Assembly: GCA_963662285.2 (NCBI GenBank)
Contig: CAXXMV010000001.1
Location: forward strand, 576,001 to 640,000
Length of the DNA stretch: 64,000 bases
Reading direction: 5' to 3'
From: a bacterium
GTDB taxonomy: Bacteria; Hinthialibacterota; Hinthialibacteria; Hinthialibacterales; Hinthialibacteraceae
A model generated the notes under the pieces. The model saw only the letters and a list, made by a program, of their open reading frames with translations, was not told the origin of the DNA and did no database searches. The translations under genes and the position numbers were made by a program. Below are positions 27,270 to 37,312 of this stretch, one piece after another (within the stretch, counting starts at the first letter, position 1; the number at the start of each line of letters is the position of its first letter).

Positions 27270-28784
27270 TTACCAAATCGAAGCCATATCCCATATATCA
27301 ACTGACTTGCACATGGCTGATCCACCATTAGCGGTTAGATATATCACGCTGGATTGATTCAATGCGGGAATTACAGTCGTACAACAGGCGCGATCATTAA
27401 CATATAACTCAACAACCGCTTTATCGATGAATAATTGAAATTTCACCTGCGTCTCGCCATCAAGCAACTCAAACGGACCCTGGTTTTTCTCTATGCCGAC
27501 TGTTTTATTCTTCAGGTCGAACAAAATGGGAACGCTTGCCGCTTTCTCATCAATGGTTTTTATTACCAATCCAAAAGAATCGGCTGAACCAGGTTCAAAG
27601 ACAGCCGTAATCTCTTTAGCGCATTGCTCGATTGATTCAATATATATAGGCGTAGAAGCAATTTTCCTGGCGCTGATTATGCGGTGATTCCTATGCAGTT
27701 CTTTCAATTCCGGCGCCGGTTTCATGCCCAGGCTGCCGTCCTTGAGCATGGTCATGATACGCGGCAGAGTCATGGCGCCATTCCAGCCCTTGCCTTTGAT
27801 ATCGCGAATCCAGCCCCACATAATGCGCCGCCCCTGAGCATCTTCCAGGCAATTGGGCGCATAAAAATTGTTGGAATAATCCAGCAAAGCGCGATTCCCG
27901 GAAGTGAAAGTAAAATCTTCATTGAACGATCCGGTATGATACATCACCCGGCTGTGCGGTGAATAAATTAGAGTGTACTTGTCGCCCAACTTGAAGAAAT
28001 TAGGGCATTCCCAATTTTTCTCATTATGCTCCGCTTTGGATTGATAGAGGATATTGAGATATTCCCAATCAACCAGGTTCTTGGATCGGTAAACAAAAGC
28101 GGCGCCCCGTCCATCTTTGGGGTGTCCGCCTAGAACCACGAACCAGTCTTTACCTTTCTTAAACACAAATGGATCGCGCCAGTCCAATACCTTCATATCA
28201 CCATGCAGTTTCTCTGTCATAACCGGATTAGCGGGATGCTTATCCCAGGTTAACATGTCATCATGGCTGATAGCCGCCCACTGCACCGCCCCGTCACCCG
28301 CAGGAGTTTTTGGACCAATACTGGTATAGAGCATGGTCGGTACTCCTTTATCATCAATTACGCAGCAACCCGAGAAGCAATGATCCTCGCCTTTATCTTT
28401 CGAAGGCGCCAACGCTATCGGCAGATGCCTCCAATGCGCCAGGTCCTTGCTCACCATATGCCCCCAATGCATGTGTCCCCAATTCTCGCCATAAGGATTA
28501 TGCTGATAGAACATGTGATATTCGCCCTTGTAATAAATCGGGCCATTAGGATCATTGTTCCATAAAGCTGGAGGCTGCAAATGATAAACCAGCCGCGTCG
28601 CATCTCCTTCGACGGCCTTCTTCGCCAGGGCTACAGCGGCGTTAGCTTTGGCTATCTCTCTTTGGTGAATTTCATTATGCGCTTTGATTTCAGATTGATC
28701 ATCAGAAGCGGACGAAATTACGCTAAAACCAAATATAAACAGAAAAACGGATAAACCCAATCTTAAAAATCGCTGCATTTCCAT
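27270..28784 (-). CDS. Secreted GH32 beta-fructofuranosidase/levanase
   Basis: WNNDPNG, YQHNP, WGH, FSG, RDP, WECP; signal peptide. Confidence 0.95.
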   Translation of the reverse strand: MEMQRFLRLGLSVFLFIFGFSVISSASDDQSEIKAHNEIHQREIAKANAAVALAKKAVEGDATRLVYHLQPPALWNNDPNGPIYYKGEYHMFYQHNPYGENWGHMHWGHMVSKDLAHWRHLPIALAPSKDKGEDHCFSGCCVIDDKGVPTMLYTSIGPKTPAGDGAVQWAAISHDDMLTWDKHPANPVMTEKLHGDMKVLDWRDPFVFKKGKDWFVVLGGHPKDGRGAAFVYRSKNLVDWEYLNILYQSKAEHNEKNWECPNFFKLGDKYTLIYSPHSRVMYHTGSFNEDFTFTSGNRALLDYSNNFYAPNCLEDAQGRRIMWGWIRDIKGKGWNGAMTLPRIMTMLKDGSLGMKPAPELKELHRNHRIISARKIASTPIYIESIEQCAKEITAVFEPGSADSFGLVIKTIDEKAASVPILFDLKNKTVGIEKNQGPFELLDGETQVKFQLFIDKAVVELYVNDRACCTTVIPALNQSSVIYLTANGGSAMCKSVDIWDMASIW

Positions 28785-28886
28785 TAATAATCTCCAATTT
28801 CCATAAATAATTCCTCTCTATTACATGTAACAATTTAACATATATCATAATTAATTTCAGCTGCTTTGAAACGAATAAATGCAGAC

Positions 28887-28922
28887 AAAAAAATTGCGCC
28901 TGGCTTCTGGCGACCAGGCGCA
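28887..28922 (-). terminator. Intrinsic terminator upstream of the GH32 gene
   Basis: TGCGCCTGG-10-CCAGGCGCA hairpin with a T run on the minus strand. Confidence 0.6.
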
Positions 28923-29346
28923 TTCAGGGGGAATTGGATGAAGATGTAAGAAAAAATGGCTCAATAGCCATAGTCTTACCGATATTGGTTTAGTTGATTT
29001 TCTACAATTAAACACCTTCTCTACGTAAAACAAATTATCCAGTATTTAGTTAAATCAACATATTAGAATGATAATGTGTTTCTATTTGTTGTATATCAGG
29101 GATTTTCTAATTCTTTGTAGGGCTTTCCCTGAAAAACAACAATTAGAGCGATTTGTATCGCATCATGAGGATAAATCGAACAACAAAACATCCACCATCA
29201 CAACATAAGATACATTGACTTTTTCAGCGCCTTATGGGATAAATACATATACTTTTGTAATAATCGGTCTGTTGAGATGCCTATTACAAGCGCTCTCAAT
29301 ACGCATACTGTTTTGTTAGAACAATATAACAATAAAGGACAATATA

Positions 29347-30168
29347 ATGATGAAGAAGAATCTACAGAAAAAACTTACCGTAATATTAACGCTTGCATTA
29401 TGCTTTATGTCCGTATCCATTTTCTCAGCGGGCTATGCTTTTGGTGATGCCGCAGAAGCCTTAATCGATCAATCGTCTGCTTCATCTAAACAAAATGACC
29501 TGCCCAAGCGCGTGATTGTTCCTAAAATAAAGGACAACATCAAGATAGACGGCGTTTTAGACGAAAGCGCATGGCAAAAAGCGGCCACTCTGGCGCCATT
29601 CAGTTTGAACGATGGCAGCGGCCCGGCGCGTGAAGATACCAAGGTTCTTATCGGATACAATGATGAATCCCTATATCTGGCCTGGGTCTGTAAAGACGCC
29701 GATATTTTGGCCACCTACAGCAAAAGAGACGATAAATTGTGGGAAGAGGAAGTAGCCGAATTCTTCGTAACCCCCGATAAATTAACTGAATACTTTGAAC
29801 TTCAATGGAATCCGCTAGGAACCATTTTCGACGCCATCATTCACAATAATTTGAAAGAAAACGGGCTGTCCAAGGGAATCAAAGGCGATTGGGATTGGAC
29901 CGCCAACGGGATGCAAGCGGTAGTCAAAGTTGATGGCACAGTGCAAAACAGCCAGGATACAGACCAACAATGGCTGGTAGAAGTGAAAATCCCCTTCAAA
30001 TCGCTGGAATGTTCAGCGCCAAAATCCGGCGATGTCTGGCGGGCAAATTTCTACCGCTACAGCCGCACAACAGGTAAAGAAGACGCGCTCTACTATAGCT
30101 GGTCGCCTACCAGGCTGCAATCATTCCACGAACCCAGCCGTTTCGGATATCTCCAATTCGGGCAATAA
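29347..30168 (+). CDS. Carbohydrate-binding family 9-like (DOMON) secreted protein
   Basis: IDGVLDESAW, YNDESLY, EVAEFF, WRANFYR, FHEPSRFG. Confidence 0.85.
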   Translation: MMKKNLQKKLTVILTLALCFMSVSIFSAGYAFGDAAEALIDQSSASSKQNDLPKRVIVPKIKDNIKIDGVLDESAWQKAATLAPFSLNDGSGPAREDTKVLIGYNDESLYLAWVCKDADILATYSKRDDKLWEEEVAEFFVTPDKLTEYFELQWNPLGTIFDAIIHNNLKENGLSKGIKGDWDWTANGMQAVVKVDGTVQNSQDTDQQWLVEVKIPFKSLECSAPKSGDVWRANFYRYSRTTGKEDALYYSWSPTRLQSFHEPSRFGYLQFGQ

Positions 30169-30452
30169 TTACCAAGGTGTAAACCATATCCCTCTCCCAA
30201 GATTGTACAGACCGGGTAGATGGGTAACACATGTTCGGGGACATGGGTTACAGTTTTTTATCAAAACCGGGATTTATCCCAGGTTATTGTTTGAGTTTTT
30301 TTTTAGGCATCTAGAGATGCTCAGGATAATTGGTTGGCTTAGAGGGAGGAGGTGAATATTTCACCTCCTGCATTATCCCTCGCACCTCGGATCGGCTATC
30401 CCTGGCGGGTTGCACTCCTGCAGCGCCCGCTTCCGTTTCGCCCAACCAATTT

Positions 30453-31619
30453 CTATTGTGACGCCTTTTTCTGGATTGCCAAGTTATCTTCTTTGATTTC
30501 ATTCAAACGCAGATCGAGCGTCTTGATTTTTTGTCGGCAAAAATATACGTCCATCATCCCATCGGTCATAGCGGGTTTCAAGGCAACCGGGCATCCTACC
30601 AGGGCGCGGCTCACCCGGTAATCTTCACCACGGTACGCCACCCGACCTCCTTGTTGCACCTTCCTGATAATGCTGCCCGGCGCGTACTCGATATCCGGCA
30701 AACTTCCCGGATAAACAAAAGGACTGGACGTATAATGGTTAGCCGGGACATCCATATCCAGGGCTTCGTGAGGACGCTCAAAATTGTATTCATAACGCCA
30801 CTCATCAAACCGCCTTTGGCAATATTCCAAATCCACAAACGATTCCCTTATCAGCAATTCTTGCTTAAAGGTCCGGTGAAATCGCTCGACCTTGCCTTGG
30901 GTTTGCGGATGGTAGGGGCGACCGTGATACACGCGAATACCCAATCGTATCAGCCATATTGTCAATCTGGTGTATTCGCAGGTTTTGCATCCTCCCCACG
31001 GACTTCCGTTATCCATCAACATCGCCCGAGGCATACCATACATCCTGAACACGCTTTCCAGGGAGTCTTGCACGGTTTCCCTTTGCTGATTGGCGCACGA
31101 AAATAATCCGGGAACAAAGCGCGTGCAATCATCCAGAATGCTGAGCGGATAACAGCGTGCTTTGAGCGTGGGAAAATCTCCTTTGAAATCCATTTGCCAC
31201 AATTCGTTGGGCGTATCTTTTTCAAAACGCTTATAGGCTTTGTGCTTGTGACTTTCCTTTTCATCCAGCAATCCCAGTCGGCGTAACACGGCAGTAATAG
31301 TGCTGGCGCTAGGAACATTTTCGTATCCCAATTGAATCAGACGAGAGCGAATTTTGCGTCCTCCCCATCCTTTTTCGCGATTTTCTGTAATGGCTTGCTC
31401 GATAGACTTATCTGTTTGATGAGGGCAAGTATTGGGTTTTTTGGAACGGTCTTGGAGATTTTCGACTCCTCCTTCTTTGTACCGTTTGATCCATTTGTAA
31501 CCCGTCTTACGGCTGATATCAAACCGTTTACATAATTGGCTGATGTTGCTTTCTTCTTGCTGGCTCAACAATACGAATTCTTTTCTCAGAGACATAAGGT
31601 CCACCTCGTTCCAGGGCAT
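30453..31619 (-). CDS. IS481 transposase, identical protein to 6883..8049
   Basis: Identical 388-aa translation. Confidence 0.95.
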   Translation of the reverse strand: MPWNEVDLMSLRKEFVLLSQQEESNISQLCKRFDISRKTGYKWIKRYKEGGVENLQDRSKKPNTCPHQTDKSIEQAITENREKGWGGRKIRSRLIQLGYENVPSASTITAVLRRLGLLDEKESHKHKAYKRFEKDTPNELWQMDFKGDFPTLKARCYPLSILDDCTRFVPGLFSCANQQRETVQDSLESVFRMYGMPRAMLMDNGSPWGGCKTCEYTRLTIWLIRLGIRVYHGRPYHPQTQGKVERFHRTFKQELLIRESFVDLEYCQRRFDEWRYEYNFERPHEALDMDVPANHYTSSPFVYPGSLPDIEYAPGSIIRKVQQGGRVAYRGEDYRVSRALVGCPVALKPAMTDGMMDVYFCRQKIKTLDLRLNEIKEDNLAIQKKASQ

Positions 31620-31792
31620 ATTCTTCGCCTCCTTTCAAGGCTAGAATACACTCAGGGAATGTGTTACCTATGTCCCCGAACACCTGTTACCCATGTCCTG
31701 TATGAACCGGGCACATCCTTTACAGAATAAACCGGGCACATGGTTTACACAAGTCGATACTAAGAACCGACCAGAAGAAAGGAGTCGGTTCG

Positions 31793-33004
31793 ATGACTTG
31801 GAAGGAAAACAGTGCCATGGATGCAAGAATGAAATTTATTGCGGATGTCCTCCGCAAAGAAGACACACTAAGCGCCTTATGCCAAGCATATGGCATTAGT
31901 AGACCAACCGGATATAAATGGATCAAGCGCTATCAGGAAGACGGTCCTGGTGGATTGGAGGAGCGATCCCGGGCGCCCCATACCCAAGCACTAGCCGTTT
32001 CTAAAGAGACCGAAAAAGAAGTGAAGGCTATGCGAAAAAAGTTTCCGCACTACGGTCCTAAAAAATTACGGGTGGAACTGAAAAAAAAGGATGCGACGAA
32101 GCACTGGCCGGCAATCAGTACGATTGGCGAGATACTAAAACGCAAAAATCTGATTGTCAGCCGCAAGCAAAAAGATCGCGCCAAACCAAGTGGTGAAGCG
32201 TTAACCGAATTCGACCAAGTGAACCGCGTATGGTGCGCGGATTTCAAAGGAGATTTTCTAACGGGAGACGAACATCGATGTTTCCCTTTAACCGTATCGG
32301 AAGGGGCTAGCCGCTATTTACTCTGCTGCCAAGGCATGCAAGAAACCAATGGCGCATTGGTACGCGTAATTTTCGAGCAGATTTTTCGCGAGTATGGTTT
32401 ACCAGAAGTCATTCGAACGGATAACGGGGCGCCCTTTGCGTCGACCGGAATCGGAGGGTTAACCAAATTATCCGTGTGGTGGATAAAACTGAGAATTTAT
32501 CCAGAACGAATCCAGCCGGGTCGGCCTCAACAAAATGGCCGTCATGAGCGAATTAACCGGACCTTGAAAGCAGAGGCCATTTCTCCACCAGCGCCAACGC
32601 TGCGTGAACAACAAAAACGTTTTGATCAATTTCAAAAAGTGTACAACGAAGAGCGGCCTCATGAGAGTTTGGGACAACGACCTCCCGCGCAGTTGTATCA
32701 ACCCTCGCCGCGCGTCTATTCAGGTAAAGCGCCGAATTGGGAGTATCCAGAGACCATGCAGGTGCGCCAAGTGAAAACCCATGGTGAAATCAGTTGGCGA
32801 AGCAAGCATTGGTATTTGGGGGAAGCTTTGGGAGGTGAATTGGTGGGACTAGAGGAATTGGAAGAGAATAATTGGCGCATTAGTTTGGGTAACGTGATTC
32901 TCGGTTGGTTGAATATGTCAAAAGGTGAGGTGGTGCGTGAATTGTCTTTGAGACGCATCAATCATCCAAAAGCAATCAGTCACCCGGCAGTATGTCCCAG
33001 GTAA
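31793..33004 (+). CDS. IS481-family transposase B
   Basis: ISRPTGYKWIKRY, WCADFKG, DNGAPF, NGRHERINRT. Confidence 0.95.
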   Translation: MTWKENSAMDARMKFIADVLRKEDTLSALCQAYGISRPTGYKWIKRYQEDGPGGLEERSRAPHTQALAVSKETEKEVKAMRKKFPHYGPKKLRVELKKKDATKHWPAISTIGEILKRKNLIVSRKQKDRAKPSGEALTEFDQVNRVWCADFKGDFLTGDEHRCFPLTVSEGASRYLLCCQGMQETNGALVRVIFEQIFREYGLPEVIRTDNGAPFASTGIGGLTKLSVWWIKLRIYPERIQPGRPQQNGRHERINRTLKAEAISPPAPTLREQQKRFDQFQKVYNEERPHESLGQRPPAQLYQPSPRVYSGKAPNWEYPETMQVRQVKTHGEISWRSKHWYLGEALGGELVGLEELEENNWRISLGNVILGWLNMSKGEVVRELSLRRINHPKAISHPAVCPR

Positions 33005-33155
33005 AAAATGAGCTAGGGAAGTATCAAGATGAGGAATAATTCAGGTATTAATTTTCCTGAGATTGAATCCAGATCGTCCCTTTTTCGAGAAAATCAAAGA
33101 GCGCACGGGTGAAAAAAAAGGTGGCAATATCGGGGGCGCCGCCCCCGTACCCCCG

Positions 33156-33326
33156 GAGTTTTTTTAGGCATTAGCACAAACTCCAGATAGTATGCAAAAA
33201 AAAGCAAAGGGACGGTTCTAAATCCGTCCCTTTAGCGACTATCCGTCGCCCGTGCACCAGGATATCCCTTGACAGGTTGCTCTCCAGCAGAGCCTGTCTC
33301 CGTTTCTCCTGGTGATAATAACTATC
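33156..33326 (-). ncRNA. Candidate structured RNA in the IS481-B 3' region, homologous to 8051-8209
   Basis: CACCAGGA/TCCTGGTG helix encloses GAAACGGAGACAGGCTCTGCTGGAGAGCAACCTGTCAAGGGATA; shared ATGCCTAAAAAAACTC tail. Confidence 0.45.
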
Positions 33327-33792
33327 GGATAGCTCGAAATAATCTGTAGAAAAAGAAGTAAAAAAACAGTTCTAGCAAGTAAGCAATTCAGAATACGTTG
33401 ATATACCTGAAAACGGATTATCTCTTTAAAAAAACAGATAAGTTGCCATAATTTGCGAGACAAAAGTGTAAACCATGTGCCCGGTCTAAAGTGTAAACTA
33501 TGTGCCCGGTCATTCAGTCCCAGGCCTTTACAAAGATTGGGAGAGGTTAGGAGAGGGTTGATAGCGACCACTTTTGTAAAGAAATATCCAACGATGTTAG
33601 TAGGCAATGAATCCAAACAAAACTTGTGGATAATGACCAGAGTTTTGGGGAAATGGATTTTGGATATATAACCATTTATATTTTTTTGACTTAGATATAA
33701 ATAATACTGTAGCCAAACATTCCTCTCCCAAGATTGGGAGAGGTCAGGTGAGGGTTGATAACAATCAACCTCGAGAAGAGATAGTTATTTTC

Positions 33793-34749
33793 ATGGCTCA
33801 ACCAACCATCATTGCCGCAGGTCTGGCTTGCCTCGATGTTATGGGGATCGATTCTGAACAAATCCCCCGGCTTTCAACTGGCGGTTTTCCCAATGCGCTG
33901 ATAATCCTCAAAACCAAGGGCTGGAATGCCATCGCTCTGGCAGGTCTCGGCGCAGACCGGGCGGGAGATTATGTACTTCAAGAATTCAATGATTGGGGCA
34001 TCGACGCGCGTTTTGTACAACGCATGCCTGATATCAATACCCCGGTCTATGTTCTATATCATACGAAAGATGGTCATTTTTACGGTAAGGAATGCCCATA
34101 CTGCAAAATCCATTTCCCTCTATATTCTCCTATAGAATCAGAGACTATCGAAAGAATCCTACCGCAACTGCCGCAGCGGATCAACTTGTTTTATTTCGAT
34201 AAAGTGGCGCAGTCGCTCTTAAATCTGGCGCACTATTATAAAAAGCGCTCCGCCTTAACCATGTTCGAACCCAACCGTATAGATGATCAAGAGACATTTC
34301 ATCAAAGCGCCGCCACATCCGATATCATGAAATATTCCAACGAACGGCGCTCTGGAGTTCAAGCAATAACCGATTCTCTGCCGATTCCTCTTGAGATTGA
34401 AACTGCCGGACAGCAGGGACTTCATTACCGGATATTCAGCAATGGAACACGCAGCGCATGGCGCCCTTTGCCATCAGTATCCACTTCCGGTTTCGTTGAT
34501 GCCGCTGGCGCAGGCGATTGGTTGACCGCCAGCCTGATTGATTCAGTATGCCGTGATGGAGATTTCCATTCCATCATTGCCAATCAATCTCTTCTGGAAG
34601 AAATTCTAATAAAAGGCCAACGCGCATCAGCCGGAAATTGTCGCTATGCCGGCGCCAGAGGCTTGCTCTACAAAGAACGCAACATGCTGAACGGCAACGA
34701 CTTTTGTCCATATTGCCATGGAAACAATAAACCAAAGGATGCCTGCTGA
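33793..34749 (+). CDS. PfkB-family carbohydrate/nucleoside kinase with two CPYC motifs
   Basis: GADRAGD and VDAAGAGDW PfkB signatures; start at MAQPT preferred because the ORF-track extension lies in a REP repeat. Confidence 0.85.
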   Translation: MAQPTIIAAGLACLDVMGIDSEQIPRLSTGGFPNALIILKTKGWNAIALAGLGADRAGDYVLQEFNDWGIDARFVQRMPDINTPVYVLYHTKDGHFYGKECPYCKIHFPLYSPIESETIERILPQLPQRINLFYFDKVAQSLLNLAHYYKKRSALTMFEPNRIDDQETFHQSAATSDIMKYSNERRSGVQAITDSLPIPLEIETAGQQGLHYRIFSNGTRSAWRPLPSVSTSGFVDAAGAGDWLTASLIDSVCRDGDFHSIIANQSLLEEILIKGQRASAGNCRYAGARGLLYKERNMLNGNDFCPYCHGNNKPKDAC

Positions 34750-34751
34750 TA

Positions 34752-35294
34752 ATGACTAAAAAATGGCGTACAATTTCCTCTGAGGTCGTATTAAACACTC
34801 CCGGAGTTAAAGTCAGAAAAGATAAAGTTGACATGATGAATGGACGGGTGGTCGATGATTTCTATGTCTTTGAAATCAACGAATGGTCAACTATAGTCCC
34901 TCTGACCGAAGACGGAAAACTGATAATAGTCGAACAATATCGTCATGGGGTGGGGGATATAACGCTAGAGTTTCCTGCCGGACTGATTGACGCCGATGAG
35001 TCACCCCTGATCACCGCACAGCGGGAACTTACCGAAGAGACGGGCTATAGCAGCGACGATTGGCGGCCATTAGGCAAATATCATCTGGGACCATCCAAAA
35101 TACTCAATTCCTTCCATCTATTCCTGGCCAAGAACTGTAAACTAACCCACGCACAAAACCTTGATGACACTGAAGATATACGCGTATTGACCGTAACCCT
35201 GGAAGAATTTGAGCGCCTCTTCGAAGAAGGCAAAATCTCCGACGTAGATTCATCAATCGGATGGTTGATATGTCAAACCAAAGGTTTGTTTTAG
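34752..35294 (+). CDS. NUDIX hydrolase (ADP-ribose pyrophosphatase-like)
   Basis: EQYRHG, LEFPAG..DE..AQRELTEETG. Confidence 0.9.
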   Translation: MTKKWRTISSEVVLNTPGVKVRKDKVDMMNGRVVDDFYVFEINEWSTIVPLTEDGKLIIVEQYRHGVGDITLEFPAGLIDADESPLITAQRELTEETGYSSDDWRPLGKYHLGPSKILNSFHLFLAKNCKLTHAQNLDDTEDIRVLTVTLEEFERLFEEGKISDVDSSIGWLICQTKGLF

Positions 35295-35392
35295 GTTTCG
35301 CCCTGAATGACCAGACGGGTGGCAAGGGCAGTGTATTTTCTGCCCTTGATCAAACCACCTAATATTAATTTATGGTGAGGGATATTTTCAAA

Positions 35393-35902
35393 TCACTCAA
35401 AATAACTATATATTTTCACATCAGACATAGACATCGTATATTTGCATCCAGGAATACTAACGTATCCTTGTATAGTTCCAGAAAAATTGAGTCCCTGCCG
35501 GTCAGTCAGCTGTGCGGCGACCTCCTGCGGGATTTTCTCCAAAACTACATCCGGTAGACCACCAGCGTTTTCATCCATATCAATTACTAAACGGCATAAG
35601 CCGTTTTCTTCATCTATTGATTTTACAAAATATCCGATCCAGCCTTCAACCTTTTTGCCGGATAAGTTCTTACCGTATTTCTGGGTTTGCTCAGAAGTCA
35701 TCATCTGCTGGTTAAGCCGCAGTTTCCTAAACTCCACTCCAACGGCGATCGGCGTCGGGCCGGGAACAACAGTCGGAGTAGGCAATTGAACTACTTGCGG
35801 AATTTGAGTTGGCGCCGCCTGAGGAGGCGCTGGTTGTTCACAAGCCATAAATCCAAAAACTACCATTAACAGCAAACAAGAAAAAGCATACTTAACTCTC
35901 AT
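35393..35902 (-). CDS. Hypothetical lipoprotein with Pro-rich linker
   Basis: Lipobox-like FMAC, PAPPQAAPT..PTPT linker, beta-rich domain. Confidence 0.65.
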   Translation of the reverse strand: MRVKYAFSCLLLMVVFGFMACEQPAPPQAAPTQIPQVVQLPTPTVVPGPTPIAVGVEFRKLRLNQQMMTSEQTQKYGKNLSGKKVEGWIGYFVKSIDEENGLCRLVIDMDENAGGLPDVVLEKIPQEVAAQLTDRQGLNFSGTIQGYVSIPGCKYTMSMSDVKIYSYFE

Positions 35903-36038
35903 ATTTACAAACCTTAACTTTTATTTTTGTGAATGCAGATTGCATTGCAAAATATTAATTTTAATCCCATATTAAAGACGATTATGTTATGATTTTGTAA
36001 CGATTTACCAGTGAGATATATCACATCATCCAAATCAA

Positions 36039-37193
36039 TCATCTAATCTTATAATAATTCCACATCTCTTCTTTATCTCCATCGGTGGTTTCAATCCTGA
36101 TCCGGTAGGCGACGCTTTCACCCTGAGGAATTGGATCAATAGTCCATGAGATATTGATATAATCATCTTCTTCCACCGTGTAATGGGGACCGATTTTTTT
36201 GAATGGTTCTTTAAGGTTTTGTTGATATTCCGCTTCGATCTTTTTGGGTATAAAGCGCTTCGGGAAAGAGGCGGTGATATGCACCGCATCAGTTGCGGAA
36301 GGTCGAAGCGGTGAATGACTGACGCTGAAGGTGGAAAACAACGAATCGTCATCTGCGCTATCTGTGTTTTTCCATCCTAACGCCAGTTTTTGATCTTCAT
36401 CGATCCAGGTTTGATTAATACTTCCATAATATTGAGCTAATCCCATGATGGAATTATTGATTGGCTCAGGATGCGGCAGCCCGATGCTATGCCCGATGCC
36501 TTCATGATAAACCACGCAATCGCTGCCCATCAGCGGAACGCGCCATCCATCAGCCGTTACTAATCCAAGCCCGATATGTTCCTGCGGCCAAAAAACAGCT
36601 CGAGATCCCCCACAGCGCGATCCGGGACGGTCTTCTCCTTCTGCATTGACATAACCGGCGCATTTGGAATGCGGTTCATCAAAAATACATCCTTCACCAG
36701 AGCATTCGCGGGTCCAGTCATCGTATGACGGAGAAAAATTGTTATCCGACAAAAGCAGGATTATAGGAAACGACTCAGCCTCAAATTGAAGTTCGCCTGA
36801 ATGCCAGACCTCGTTGATCATCTGCCAATAGAATTTATTGACATCATCCTTGGGAAGCCCGGCAAGCGTGGTTGATGAAATAAAAGGTTTGGCGTAAATA
36901 CTATAGTTGAATTGAGATTGGCCCGAAAATTCCCGGTTATGGAATTTCTGCGCCCGCCGCATCAAATACTCAATACGGTCATGCCAGTCATCTAATGGAA
37001 CTGAGTCATTGGGAAGATAATATACAACCTGCACATCAATTACCTTGATGCAGTCCGTTGCGCCTAATGTATGCATTTCTGCAGTACCGGATATTGAACA
37101 AAAGGCTGGCGAGATGCACAATACCGATAATAATGTCAAGGAAATGACAAGGATGCTTTTCGGAAGTAGTATGATTAAATGTTTAGTTGTCAT
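36039..37193 (-). CDS. Secreted putative zinc metallopeptidase
   Basis: Signal peptide; HEGIGHSIGLPH plus downstream SIM (Met-turn-like). Confidence 0.7.
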   Translation of the reverse strand: MTTKHLIILLPKSILVISLTLLSVLCISPAFCSISGTAEMHTLGATDCIKVIDVQVVYYLPNDSVPLDDWHDRIEYLMRRAQKFHNREFSGQSQFNYSIYAKPFISSTTLAGLPKDDVNKFYWQMINEVWHSGELQFEAESFPIILLLSDNNFSPSYDDWTRECSGEGCIFDEPHSKCAGYVNAEGEDRPGSRCGGSRAVFWPQEHIGLGLVTADGWRVPLMGSDCVVYHEGIGHSIGLPHPEPINNSIMGLAQYYGSINQTWIDEDQKLALGWKNTDSADDDSLFSTFSVSHSPLRPSATDAVHITASFPKRFIPKKIEAEYQQNLKEPFKKIGPHYTVEEDDYINISWTIDPIPQGESVAYRIRIETTDGDKEEMWNYYKIR

Positions 37194-37312
37194 ATCAGTT
37201 CTTTGTTGAGAGTGATTATCGAAAAAAAGTTCGTTTAGAGTGGTTATAATAAACCGCTCTATTTGATTTTACGAGTGATCAGGAAAACAGCAAAGATCAA
37301 CTCTTCATAATA

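Larger units (their letters stand above)
31699..33516 (+). mobile_element. IS481-family element B (nested)
   Basis: Ends TGTATGAACCGGGCACA / TGTGCCCGGTCATTCA; repeated ACCGGGCACA sites; 4-bp duplication GTCC (31695-31698, 33517-33520). Confidence 0.92.
30204..33532 (-). mobile_element. IS481-A copy 2 with nested IS481-B in its left end
   Basis: TGT at 30204, ACA at 33532; 5-bp TSD AAGAT (30199-30203, 33533-33537); left end split at GTCC. Confidence 0.93.

Noticed and set aside
6792-33532. Composite transposon bounded by the two inverted IS481-A copies
   Set aside because: Each copy has its own matching TSD pair (GTGGC; AAGAT), so they are independent insertions and the segment between them is not inverted.
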